Assembly: GCF_009914755.1 (NCBI RefSeq)
Contig: NC_060947.1
DNA: 64,000 bases
Strand: one strand, 5' to 3'
DNA from: the human T2T-CHM13v2.0 reference genome, Homo sapiens
The position numbers and the translations under genes were made by a program. This document shows positions 22,911 to 36,461 of this stretch, piece by piece. How positions within the stretch are numbered: the stretch's first letter is position 1; each line of letters begins with the position of its first letter. The notes under the pieces were generated by a model. That model was not told the DNA's origin, ran no database searches, and saw only the letters and a program-made list of their open reading frames with translations.

Positions 22911-25900
22911 CAGGTAGAGCTGGCAAAATGGCCAAATAGGAACAGCTCCGGTCTGCAGCTCCCAGTGAGATCGACGCAGAAGGCGGGCGATTTCTGCATT
23001 TCTAACTGAAGTATCCAGTTCATCTCGTTGGTACTGGATGGACAGTGCGTGCAGCCCACGGAGGGCAAGCCAGAGCAGGGTGGGGTGTCGCCTCACCCAG
23101 GAAGCACAAGGGGTCAGGGGATTTCCCTTTCCTAGCCAAGGGAAGCTGTGATAGACTGTACCGGGAGGAACAGTACATTCCAGCCCAGATACTGCACTTT
23201 TCGCATGGTCTTCACAACCGGCAGACCAGGAGATTCTCTCCAGCGCCTGGCTCAGCGGGTCCCACCCCCACGGAGCCCCGCAAGCTAAGATCCACTGGCT
23301 TGAAATTCTCGCTGCTAGCACAGCAGTCTGAGGTCGACCTGGGATGCTCGAGCTTGGTGGGGGGAGGAGCATCCGCCACTGCCGAGGCTTGAGTAGGCGG
23401 TTTTACCCTCACTGTGTAAACAAAGCCTCTGGGAAGTTTGAACTGGGCGGAGTCCACCGCAGCTCAGCAAGGATGACTGCCTCTCTAGATTCCTCCTCTC
23501 TAAGCAGGGCATCTCTGAAAAAAAGGCAGCATCCCCAGGCAGGGACTTTCAGATAAAACCCCCATCTCCCTGGGACAGAGCACCTGGGGGAAGGGGCGGC
23601 TGTGGGCACAGCTTCAGCAGACTTAAACGTCCCTGCCTGACAGCTTTGAAGAGAGCAGCAGTTCTTCCAGCACAGTGTTCAGGCTGTGATAAGGGAAGGA
23701 CTGCCTCCTCAAGTGGGTCCCTGACCCCCATGTATCCTGACTGGGAGACACCTCCCAGTAGGGTCCAACAGACACCTCATACAGGAGAGCTCTGGCTGGC
23801 ATGTGGGGGGTGCCCCTCTGGGACGAAGCTTCCAGAGGAAGGACCAGGCAGCAATCTTTGCTGTTCTGCAGCTTCCGTTGGTGATACCCAGGCAAACAGG
23901 GTCTGTAGTGGACCTCCAGCAAACTCCAGCAGACCTGCAGCAGAGAGGCCTGACTGTTAGAAGGAAAACTAACAAACAGAAAGGAACGGTATCAACATCA
24001 ACAAAAAGGACGTCCACTCAGAGACCCCATCCGAAGGTCACCAACATCAAAGACCAAAGGTAGATAAATCCACGAAGATGTGGAGAAACCAGCGCAAAAA
24101 GGCTGAAAATTCCAAAAACCAGAACACCTCTTCTCCTCCAAAGGATCACAACTCCTCACCATCAAGGGAACAAAACTGGACGGAGAATGAGTTTGACTAA
24201 TTGACCGAAGTAGGCTTCAGAAGGTGGGTAATAACAAACTCCTCCAAGCTAAAGGAGCACGTTCTAACCCAACGCAAGGAAGCTAAGGACCTTGAAAAAG
24301 GGTTCGATGAATTGCTAACTAGGATAACCAGTTTAGAGAAGAACATGGATGACCTGATGGAGCTGAAAAAAACAGCACGAGAACTTCGTGAAGCATACAC
24401 AAGTATCAATAGCCGAATCAATCAAGTGGAAGAAAGGATATCAGAGATTGAAGATCAACTCAATGAAATAAAGCGAGAAGACAAGATTAGAGAAAAAAGG
24501 GTGAAAAGAAACGAACAAAGTCTCCAAGAAATATGGGACTATGTGAAAAGACCAAACCTACGTTTGATTGGTGTACCTGAAGGTGACGGGGAGAATGGAA
24601 CCAAGTTGGAAGACACTCTTCAGGATATTATCCAAGAGAACTTCCCCAACCTAGCAAGACAGGCCAACATTCAAATTCGGGAAATACAGAGAACACCACA
24701 AAGATATTCCTCAAGAAGAGCAAACCCAAGACACATAATCGTCAGATTCACCAAGGTTGAAATGAAGGAAAAAAATGTTAAAGCACAGCCAGAGAGAAAG
24801 GCCGGGTTACCCACAAAGGGAATCCCATCAGACTAACAGCGGATCTCTCTGAAGAAATCCTACAAGCCAGAAGAGAGTGGGGCTCAATATTCAACATTCT
24901 TACAGAAAAGGATTTTCAACCCAGAATTTCATATCCAGCCAAACTAAGCTTCATAAGTGAAGGAGAAATAAAATCCTTTACAGACAAGCAAATGCTGAGA
25001 GATTTGGTCACCACCAGGCCTGCCTTACAAGAGCTCCTGAGGGAAGCACTCAATACGGAAAGGAACAACCGGTATCAGCCACTGCAAAAACATGCCAAAT
25101 TGTAAAGACCATCGACGCTATGAAGAAACTGCATCAAGTAACAGGCAAAATAACCAGCTAGCATCATATTGACAGGAACGAATTCACACATAACAACATT
25201 AACCTTAAATGTAAACGGGCTAAGTGCCCCACTTAAAAGACACAGACTGGCAAATTGGATAAAGAGTCAGGACCCATCGGTGTGCTGTATTCAGGAGACC
25301 CATCTCACGGGCAAAGACACACATAGGCTCAAAACAAAGGGATGGAGGAAGATTTACCAAGCAAATGGAAAGCAAAGAAAAGCAGGGGTTGCAATCCTAG
25401 TCTCTGATGAAGCAGACTTTAAATCAACGAGGATCAAAAGAGACAAAGAAGGGCATTACATAATGGTAAAGGGATCAATGCAACAGGAAGAGCTAACTAT
25501 CCTAAATGCATATGCACCCAATACCGGAGCACCCAGCCTCATAAGGCAAGTCCTTAGAGACCTACAAAGAGACTTAGACTCGCACACAATAATAGTGGGT
25601 GAAGCAGACCTAACGGACATCTACAGAACTCTCCACCCCAAGTCAACGGAATATACATTCCTCTCAGCACCCCATCGCACTTATTCTAAAACTGACCACA
25701 CAATTGGAAGTAAAACACTCCTCAGCAAATGCAAACGAAAAAATGGAAATCATAACAAACTGTCTCTCAGACCGCAGTGCAATGAAATTGAACTCAGAAT
25801 TAAGAAACTCACTCAAAACCGCACAACTACATGGAAACTGAACAACCTGTTCCCGAATGACTACTGGCTAAATAACGAAATGAAGGCAGAAATAAAGATG

Positions 25901-28900
25901 TTCTTTGAAACCGATGAGAACAAAGACACCACGTACCAGAATCTCTGGGACGCATTCAAAGCAGTGTGTAGAGGGAAATTCATAGCACTAAATGCCCACA
26001 AGAGAAAGCAGGAAAGATCTAAAATCGACACTGTAACGTCACAATTAAAAGAACTAGAGAAGCAAGAGCAAACAAATTCAAAAGCTAGCAGAAGATAAGA
26101 AATAACTAAGATCAAAGCAGAACTGAAGGAGAGAGAGAGACACAAAAAACCCTTCAAAAAATCAATGAATCCAGGAGCTGGTTTTTTGAAAAGATCAACA
26201 AAATAGGTAGACCGCTAGCCAGACTAATAAAGAAGAAAAGAGAGAAGAATCAAACAGACGCAATAAAAAATGATAAAGGGGACGTCACCACCGATCCCAC
26301 AGAAATACAAACTACCACCAGAGAATACTATAGACACCTCTATGCAAATAAACTAGAAAATCTCGAAGAAATCGATAAATTCCTGGACACATACACCCTC
26401 CCAAGACTAAATCAGGAAGAAGTCAAATCCCTGAATAGACCAATAACAAGTTCTGAAATTGAGGCAGTAATTAATAACCTACCAACCAAAACATGTCCAG
26501 GACCAGACGGATTCACAGCCGAATTCTACCAGAGGTACAAAGAGGAGCTGGTACCATTCCTTCTGAAACGAATCCAAACAATAGAAAAAGAGGGAAACCT
26601 CCTGAACTCATTTTATGAGGCCAGCATCATCCTGATACCAAAACCTGGCAGAGACACAACAAAAAAAGGAAATTTCAGGCCAATATCCCTGACGAAAATC
26701 GATGGGAAAATCCTCAACAAAATACTGGCTAAACCAAATACAGCAGCACATCAAAAAGCTTATCCATCACGATCAAGTCGGCTCCATCCCTGGGATGGAA
26801 GGCTGCTTCAACATACACAAATCAATAAACGTAATCCGTCACATAAGCAGAACCAATGACAAAAACCACATGATTATCTCAACAGATGCAGAAAAGGTCT
26901 TCAACAAAATTCAACAGCCCTTCATGCTAAAAACTCTCAATAAACTAGGTATTCATGGAACGTATCTCAAAATAATAAGAGTTATTTATGAGAAACCCAC
27001 AGCCAATATCATACTGAATGGGCAAAAACTGGAAGCATTCCCTTTGAAAACTGGCACAAGACAAGGATGCCCTCTCTCACCACTCCTATTCAACATAGTA
27101 TTGGAAGATCTGGCCAGGGAAATCAGGCAAGAGAAAGAAATAAAGGGTATTCAATTAGGAAAAGAGGAAGTCAAATTGTCTCTGCTTGCAGATGACATGA
27201 CTGTATATTTAGAAAACCCCATCGTCTCAGCCCAAAATCTCCTTCAGCTGATAAGCAACTTCAGCAAAATCTCAGGATACGAAATCAAGGTCAAAAAATC
27301 ACAAGCATTCCTACACACCCGTAACAGACAAACAGAGAGCCAAATCATGAGTGAACTCCCATTCACGACTGCTACTAAGAGAATAAAATACCCAGGAATA
27401 CAACTGACAAGGGATACGAAGGACCTCTTCAAGGAGAACTACAAACCACTGCTCAAGGCATTAAAAGAGGACACAAACACATGGAAGAGCATTCCATGTT
27501 CATGGATAGGAAGAATCAATATTGTGAAAATGGCCATACTGCCCAAAGTAATTTATAGATTCAATGCTATCCCCATTGACTTTCTTCACAGAATTGGAAA
27601 AAACTACTTTAAAGCTCATGTGGAACCAAAAAAGAGGCCACATAGCCAAGACAATCCTAAGCCAAAAGAACAAAGCTGGAGGCATCAGGCTACCTGACTT
27701 CAAACTACATTACAAGGCTACAGTAACCAAAACAGCGAGGTACTGGTAGCAAAACAGATATATAGAACAATGGAACAGAACAGAGGCCTCCAAAATAACA
27801 CCACGCATCTACAACCACCTGATCTCTGACAACCCTGACAAAAACAAGCAATGGAGAAAAGATTCCCTATTTAATAAATGGTGTTGGGAAAATTGGCTAG
27901 CCATATGCAGAAAGCTGAAACTGGATCCCTTCCTTACACCTTATACAAAAATTAACTCAAGATGGATTAAAAAGTTAAACATAAGACCTAAAACCATAAA
28001 AATCCTAGAAGAAAACCTAGGCAATACCATTCAGGACATAGGCATGGGCAAAGATCTCACGACTAAAACAGCAAAAGCAATGGCAACAAAAGCCAAAATT
28101 GACAAATGGGATCTAATTAAATGAAAGAGCTTCTGCACAGCAAAAGGAACTATCATCAGAGGGAACAGGCAACCTACAGAAAGGGAGAAAATTTTTGCAC
28201 TCTATCCATCTGACAAAGGGCTAATATCCAGGATCTACAAATAAGTTAAACAAATTCACAAGGAAAAAAACAAACTTCCCCATCAAAAAGTGGGCAAAGG
28301 ATATGAACAGACACTTCTCAAAAGAAAACATTTATGCAGCCAACAAACATATGAAAAAAATGCTCATCATCACCGATCATTAGAGAAATGCAAATCAAAA
28401 CCACAGTGAGATACCATCTGACACCAGTTAGAACGGCAGTCATTAAAAAGTCAGGAAACGTCAGATGCTGGAGAGGATGTGGAGAAACAGGAACGCTTTT
28501 ACACTGTTGGTGGGAGTGTGAATTAGTTCAAACGGAAGAAAGTGTGGTGATGCCTCAAGGATTTAGAACTAGAAATACCATTTGGCCCAGCAATGCCATT
28601 ACTGGGTGTACACCCGAAGGATTATAAGTCATTCCACTATAAAGACACATGTACACGTATGTTTATTGCGGCACTGTTCACAATAGCAAAGACTTGGAAC
28701 CAACCCAAATGCCCATCAATGATAGACTGGATAAAGAAGAAAATGTGGCACACGTACACCGTGGAATACTATGCAGCCATAAAAAAGGGTGAGTTAATGT
28801 CCTTTGCAGGGACATGGATGAAGCTGGAAGCCATCATTCTCAGCAAACTAACACAAGAGCGGAGAATCAAACACCACATGTTCTCACTGATAAGTGGGAG

Positions 28901-29143
28901 TTGAACAATGAGAACACATGGACACAGGGAGGGGAACATAACACACCGGGTCCTGTCCGGGGGTGGGGGGCTGGGGGAGGGATAGCATTAGGAGAAATAC
29001 CTAATGTAGATGACGGGTTGATGGGTGCATAAAACCACCATGGCACATGTATACCTATGTAACAAACCTGCACGTTCTGTACATGTACCCCAGAACTTAA
29101 AGTATAATAAAAATAAAAATAAAAATAAAAATGAAAATAAAAA
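22911..29143 (+). mobile_element. Full-length L1PA7-like LINE-1 (inactive)
   Basis: About 1.17-kb 5'UTR, ORF1 ATG at 24078 (MWRNQRKKAENSKNQN..., disrupted), ORF2 from 25169 (start mutated to TTG; EN and RT motifs, LADDM), 3'UTR and poly-A. TSD aaga(g/c)gttgctca at 22898-22910 and 29144-29156. Confidence 0.93.
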
Positions 29144-29189
29144 AAGACGTTGCTCAATAGTAACTAAACCTAATATTTTTTGAAGCATT

Positions 29190-29380
29190 AGCTGGCTGCC
29201 GGATAGTGCACCACATGCTTTACACGTATTGTCATCTTTAATTCCTACAATCCCTTTAGTCTTATCCTCAGTTTTGCAAGTTAGGAATCTGAGGTTGAGG
29301 GAAGCTAAGTCATTTATCCATGGTCACGGGAAAGAAAGTGGCAGAGCCTGGATTCAGAGTAAAATTTGTCTGACTCTTAA
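29190..29380 (-). mobile_element. MIR
   Basis: 'ttatcctcagttttgcaagttaggaatctgaggttgagggaagctaagtcatttatccatggtcac'. Confidence 0.7.
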
Positions 29381-30289
29381 ACATTATACTGTCATTTGAA
29401 GGCTCTTGGCAACTTTACAGACATATTTATCCAAGGCACCAGAATACTTTGAGAAGTCACGCCCTCAACAAACAGGTTGTGAGTAAGTTAGCAGCTTCAG
29501 TTCAAAGGGTTTCAGAGACAGGTTATTCTATGTAAACTCAAGTCTTAGGTTACTAACGGGATCCTCGATCAATGACCATGTGATGTTTGTTGATATGCAG
29601 AGGTTGATTCAAAAGGAGAGGGATGGAGTTATGTTTCCACGCTGTGGTGTAAAGAGCAGTCTCTTGGGTCCCTGCTGCTTTCTACCTAAAGGCCTATTAA
29701 TAACTGCCCAGGTGGTGGGCTGCATCGATATAAATCAAGCCATTTCAGTGGGAAATCCTAGATTGGTGCTAAGGAGTTATTCAAAACCAAGCCCAGTTGT
29801 TGAAATAAATTTCAGTTTCTAGCTCTTCATATGGGACATCTCTGCAGCACCTCATCTGCACTCTTACTCCCTGAGGCTCCCAGCCACTTCTGAAGTGGCT
29901 AGGAATAAAACCTGTTGTGACAAGAGATACTAGCCAGGCTGCTGCCAAATATGCAGGTAAAAGCCTGGTTATATTTAAGACACGGTGGCCAAAAACAGCC
30001 CACATCCTTGATCCTCCATCCCTGCCCCCATCTTACTGAATTAAGAAATAATTTGGTGACCAGATGCAGGCTTGGTGATCATAAGGCTTTAAATGTTTTG
30101 GTTAAATGGAATCTACTTGAGAATGACAACTTTGAGATCAAAGGTGGTGAGCTATACATCTTTGCTTCTAGAGCTCCGGTTGTGGTCCCTTTCACATGGT
30201 CGGTAACCCGTAAAGTGATTATTGAGAGATACGTAAGTTCCGAGCACAGAGGGACCACCTAACAACAGACACCCTCATGGATAGGTATA

Positions 30290-33200
30290 ATGAAAACTCG
30301 TGCAGAGAGTCAGCAACATCAGCAACGTAAGGACCTCTAAAAATTCTCCCCTTCGTAAATGCAATGAGAAAACTGGCAAAAATTGTCAAAATGAATGTTT
30401 TCGGAAACCTGCAAATTCACCTAAAGCTGAGGGGCAACCTTGGGCGTGTTTATTCAAGAAAAACAGCAGAATCTTTTTAGGAACAGTGAACTATGTGACA
30501 TTTCAACTAGCCCTATCCTCATGGCCCTTTATGCAGCTCCATGGTAGCCTTGAATACCAACAGCCTGCAATCATGGTGAAAACCAGCAGCCTGGCAGCCA
30601 CCAGAGGGAACAGAACAGGGTTGGAGCTCCTGCAAAGCCGCATTCCCGAGAATTGTCATTATTTGATCTGTCTGGTAGTTCCCGGGAAGGCCCTACTTAC
30701 ATGGCTGTCTTTATTTGGACTGACTCAGAGTGTGCCCAGTTTGAAACGCCTTTTTCCCTGGATGCATTTGTGAAAAATATTTGGAGGCAATTGCTCAATA
30801 TTGCAGCTGCCTCAGGCAATGGATAACACTTGGGGCACACAATAGGCTAACCGATACCTTAAAAGGAAATCTAGGTAACGAGGTGTCCATTGGGACTTTT
30901 AAAAGCGATTACCTATTCCTGGGAATCTAGAAGGCCAGACACTCACCTAGGACTATGACATGGTCTGCAAAGACCCAAAAGGTGCCTAAACGGCCAACTC
31001 TGGTTTATTTTGAGGCTCTGTGAAAGAGTTGTCAATTGCCTGGCTGCGAGTTGAAGGCATGTCCAACATATCCACAGAGCCCCATGGCAATGACTGGGAA
31101 ACTTACCTTTTCCAGGCATATAAAGACATCTCTGTCCAATCACCAGGTCACCACTAAGCCAACCAAGCAGGGCATTCAGTAGCCACACATAACAGAGGAT
31201 ACAGACTTTACAGAAGTAGTTCAGAAAAGTCACTAAACAAACAAGTGACAGCAGGATTAATAGCACCAAACAACAACAACAATACCTTGAAAGAAGGGAG
31301 AGTCTGAATTTCAGCGTTGCCACGTTCTATTAGTTAAAGTGTCCAGTTTTCAACAAAAAACTTACGAGACGTGCAAAGAAACAGGAGAGTATGGAACACG
31401 CAGAGAGAAGCTCAGACATTGGACTTACTAGAAAAAGACTTCAAATCAGCTATTGTGAATATGTTCAAACAACTAAAGGAAACCATGTGAAAAGAATTAA
31501 AGAGAAGTATGAGAATGATGTCTCAACAAATAGAGAAATCATCACAGAATATAAATTAGTGTTTTTAAAACACCCAAGCAGAAATTCTGAAGTGGAAATG
31601 TACAATAACTACAGCGAAAAACTCACTAGAGGGGCTCAACAGAAATGGGAACTCGAGAAAGAGAGAACATTTGAAACAATAATGGCCCAAACTCCCCAAG
31701 TTTGATTCAAATTATTAATGGACACAAATGAGAACCACAGAAACTCCAAAGAGGATGAATTCAAGAAAATCTTCACCGAGGCACATCTTAGCCAAACTGT
31801 TGAAAATCAAAGACAATGAGAGAATGTGGAAAGCAGCAAAGAAAAACAGCTCACCACACACAAGGGATCCCCAGTAAGATTAACAACCGAGTTCTTATCA
31901 GAAACCAAGGGGACCAAAAGGTAGTGAGAAGTCACAGTCAAAGGGGTTAATGAAAACAACAACAACAACAACAAACAGTTAACCAAGAATGTTCCATCCA
32001 GAAATACTCTCCCTCAAAAATGATGATGAAGTAAAGCTATCCCCTGATAAAGAAAAGCTGAGTCAATGTATCATCAGCAGACTTCCCTTACAAAAAAATA
32101 TTAAAGGGAAATCTGGAAAAGACAGTAGACAGTAACTCAAATCCCGATGAATAAATAAGAACACCATTAAAGGTAACTAACTACAACAGCATTGATAAAA
32201 GACTGTACGAATGTATTGTTGTTTGTAACTCTTCCCTTCTTTTACCTGATTTAAAGGACAATTGTTGCATAAAGCAATCATTATAGAACTACCTAGATGG
32301 GCATCACAGGTATAAAGAAGTAATTTTATGACAATAGTAGCACAAAGGAGAAGAGACTCTTCAGCTTTATAGGGTCACAGTTTTGTGTAATATTGAAATT
32401 AAGGTGGTATCAATCTGAACTAGATTCTTTTGAGTTAAAATGTGATCTGTAATCTGTGGGGCAACCACTAAGAAAACAACCCAAAAATACAATAAAGAAA
32501 CAACAGGTAAATGAATAGAGTATATGAGAAAATATCTGTTTAGCAGAAAAGAATACGTCAGTGCAGGGACAGAGGAACAGTAAGACATGAGAAAGAAAAT
32601 ACAAAAAACGGCAGGCATAAATTCTACCCCAACAGTAATTACATTAAGTAATTACATTAAGTTCAGTGTGAATAGACTGAACAATACAAATGTATTTTAA
32701 AGCAGATATTGGCAGGATGTAATAAAAACATGGTTGAACTAGATGCTGTCTACAAGACACACACTTCGGATTCAAAGGCACAAATAGTTAGAATGTAAAA
32801 GGTTGAGAAAATAAATACACTGAAAACAGCAACCGCAAGAGAGCTGGAGTAGTTTTGTCAACCCCAGAAAAAATAGAGTTTAAAACACAAACTATGACTA
32901 GAGATAAAACATGAACATTCTACAATTATAAAAGTGTGAAGAGGAAGATATATAAATTATAAATATATTTGCACTGCACAACAGAACACCAAAATACCTG
33001 AAGTAAATGCTGACAGAAATGAAAAGGGGAATAGATAATTCAGCAATCATTGTTTGAGACTTCAATACCTTGCTTTCAATAATGAATAGAAAAGCTAGTC
33101 AGAATACCAACAAGGATATACTAGATTTGAAAAAGCAATAAATCAAATGGTCCTAACAGACATTTATAGAACACTACACCCAACAACATCAGAATATATG

Positions 33201-35260
33201 TTCTTCTCAAGTACACCTGAAATGTTCTCCAGGATAGACCATACGGTGGGCTATAAAACACCTTAATAAATGTAAAAGGATAGAAATAATATAAAGTAGG
33301 CCCCCAAACCACAATGGAATGAAGTTATACATCAATAAAACATACATTAGTGGGAAATACATGAGCATAAAGAAATCAACAAACTCCTAAATAATCAAGG
33401 GTCAGAGAAGAAATCAAAAGGGAAACTAGAAAATACTTTTTGAGATATATGAAAATGAAGACTCAGCATGTCAAACTTTTGGGATGCAGTTAAGCAGTGC
33501 TTAGAAGAAAATGTATAGCTCTAAATGCTGATACTAAAAAAAAATAAGAAACATCTCGGTTGGGAGGCCGAGGCGGGTGGATCACGAGGTCAGGAGATCG
33601 AGACCATCCTGGCTAACACGGTGAAACCCCGTCTCTACTAAAAATACAAAAAATTAGCCGGGCGAGGTGGCGGGCGCCTGTAGTCCCAGCTACTCGGGAG
33701 GCTGAGGCAGGAGAATGGCGTGAACCCCAGGGGGCGGAGCCTGCAGTGGGCCGAGATTGCGCCACTGCACTCCAGCCTGGGCGACAGCGAGACTCCGTCT
33801 CAAAAAACAAAAAAAAAAAAAAAGAAATATCTCGGGTCAATAACCTTACCCTCCGCATTGAGACCCTGGGAAAAAGAGCAAACTAAACCTAAGCAAATCG
33901 AAGAGAAAAGTGGACACTGATTAGAGCATGAATTAATGAAATGAAGAGTGGAAAAATAACAGAGATAAACCAATGAAACAAAAATCTGATTCCTTGAAGA
34001 AGTCAACAAAATTGACAAACTGTAAGCCAGATTGATCAAGAGAAAAGTGAGGAGGTTCTATTCGCTGAAATCAAGAAAGAAAGAGGAGACACTGCTATCT
34101 ACATTATGGAAAAATAAAGAATTATAAAGAAATAATATGAACAATTGTATGCCAATAGATTTGATGGCTTAGATGAAATGGATGAATTTCTAGGTATACA
34201 TATACCATGCAAACTGGCTGGAGGAGAAATACACAAGTTAAATAGATCTATGAAAATGAAACAGAATGAAATAGTAATTAAAAACAAAAAACAAAAAGCA
34301 AAAAAACTACCCAGAAAAAAAGATCAGGCTCAGATGGCTTCAATGGTTAATTCTACTAAATATGTAAATAAGAATTAATAGCAATTCTTCAACAGTTCTT
34401 CCAAAAAAATAGAAGAGGAGGGAAAACTTCATAACTCATAAGCCTGGCAACAAAATCATATATAGACTCAAAAGCAAAACTATGAATAGGACAGAAAAAA
34501 TCCCCAACAAAATATTAGCAAACCAAATCCAGCAACATACAAAAATATTTATACTCGGTGACCAAGTGGCATTTATCTCAGGCACATAAGGTTGCTTTAA
34601 CAGCTACACATCAATAAATGGATTTTATCATATGAACAGATAATCATTCAAAAAACACGTATTCATCTCAATTTATGCAGAAGAAGCATTTGAAAAAGTT
34701 CAACAGCCTGTCATAAGAAATACACTCAAGAAAAAAAAAACTGGGAATAGAAGGGAATTTTCCTCAAACTGATAAAGAGCACCTATGATAAAGAACACCC
34801 ACAGGTAACATCATATTTAATGGCAGAAGACCGAATCTTTTACCCTTAATGTCTGAAACAGCACAAGGATGCCTGATGTAGCCACTACTACTCAACAATG
34901 TATTGAGGGTTGTGGCCATGGTACCTGGTTTTCAAAAAGATGGGAAATGAAGACATAAAACTACCTCTATTAGCATACGGCATCATCTTGTAATTATAGA
35001 ATCTTAAGGAATCCACTAAAAGACTTTAAAGACAAATACTGAATTTGGCAAAGTGAAGGAATACAATGTCAATACACGAAAATAATTTCTATTCCTATAG
35101 AGTAGCAAAAAGGACATTGAATACAAAATTAAGAAAACAATTCCATTTGCAATAGCAGCAGAAATAATAAAATACATGGGAATAAACCTAACAGAAAGTG
35201 CAAAACTTATACTCTGCAAAACCACGAAGCATCGTGGAAACAAACTAAAAGACTTACAGT
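30290..35260 (+). mobile_element. Old L1M element: 5' region, decayed ORF1 and ORF2
   Basis: L1M 5'/ORF1-like sequence followed by EN/RT remnants ('gacttcaatacc', 'ttctccaggatagaccat'). Interrupted by an AluY. Confidence 0.7.
33560..33821 (+). mobile_element. 5'-truncated AluY (AluYe-like)
   Basis: 'ggcgaggtggcgggcgcc' and 'gaaccccagggggcggagcctgcag' resemble AluYe diagnostics. TSD aagaaa(c/t)atctcgg at 33546 and 33822. Confidence 0.85.
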
Positions 35261-35264
35261 GTTG

Positions 35265-36420
35265 AAAGACAAACAATAGTTGGAGACGTCAACACCCCAT
35301 TTTGAGCGTTGAACAGATCATCCAGACAGAAACTCAACAAAGAAATATCGGACTTGCTCTGCACGATACACCAAATGGACCTAACAGGTATTTACAGAAC
35401 ATTTCCTCCAACAGCTGTAGAATACACATCATTCTCCTCAGCACGTGGATAAGTTCTCAAGGATATGCCGCATGTTAGGCCACAAGACAAATCTTAAAAC
35501 ATTCAAAAAATTGAAATAATATCAAGTATCTTCTGTGACCAAAATGGAATAAAACTTGAAACCAATAACAAGGGAAATTTTGGGAACTATACAAAAATGT
35601 GCAATTTAAAGAATGTGTTCCTGAATGAGCAGTGGGTCAATGAAAAAATTAAGAAGGAAATTGAAAAATGTCTTAAAACAAATGATAGTGGAAACACAAA
35701 CTGCCAAAACCTGTGGGTTGCAGCAAAAGCAATACTAAGCGGGAAGCTTAACAGTTATAAGCCCCTATATCAAAAAAGTAGAAAAACTTCAGGTAAACAA
35801 CCTAACAACCTAACAGTGCATCTTAAGAAACTAGAAAAGCAAGAGCAAACCAATCTCAAAATTAATAGAAGAAAAGAAATAATAAAGATCAGAGCAGAAA
35901 TACATAAAATCTAAACGAAGAAAACAATGCACAAGATCAATGAAATGAAAAGTTGGTTTTTTCAAAAGAGAAACCAAATGGACCCACTTTTAGCCAGAAT
36001 AAATGAGAAATAAAAGAAAAGAACCAAATAAATAAAATCAGGGATGATAAGGGAGACATTACAACTGATAGTGCAGAAATTCAAAGGATCGTTAGAGGCT
36101 ACTGTGAGCAACTATATGCCTGTAGATTTGAAAACCTTGAAGAAATGGATAAGTTCATACACACATACAACCTACAAAGATGGAACCATGAGGAAATTTA
36201 AAACCTGAACAGAACAATAACAAGTAATGAGATGGAAGCCATAATTAAAGTCTCCCAGCAAAGTAAAGCCTGGTACCCAATGGCTTCACTGCTGAATTGC
36301 GCCAAACATTTAAAGAAGAACAAATACCAATCCTACTCAAAGTACTTCAAAAGGTAGAGGAGGAGGGAATACTTCTGAACTCATTCTATGAGTGTTTTCC
36401 TGATACCAAAACCAGACAAA

Positions 36421-36461
<41 letters not shown>

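Noticed and set aside
24201-27697. Long ORFs (211, 309, 331 aa) with endonuclease/RT motifs
   Set aside because: Broken L1 ORF1/ORF2 pieces with stops and frameshifts, not a host gene or active element.
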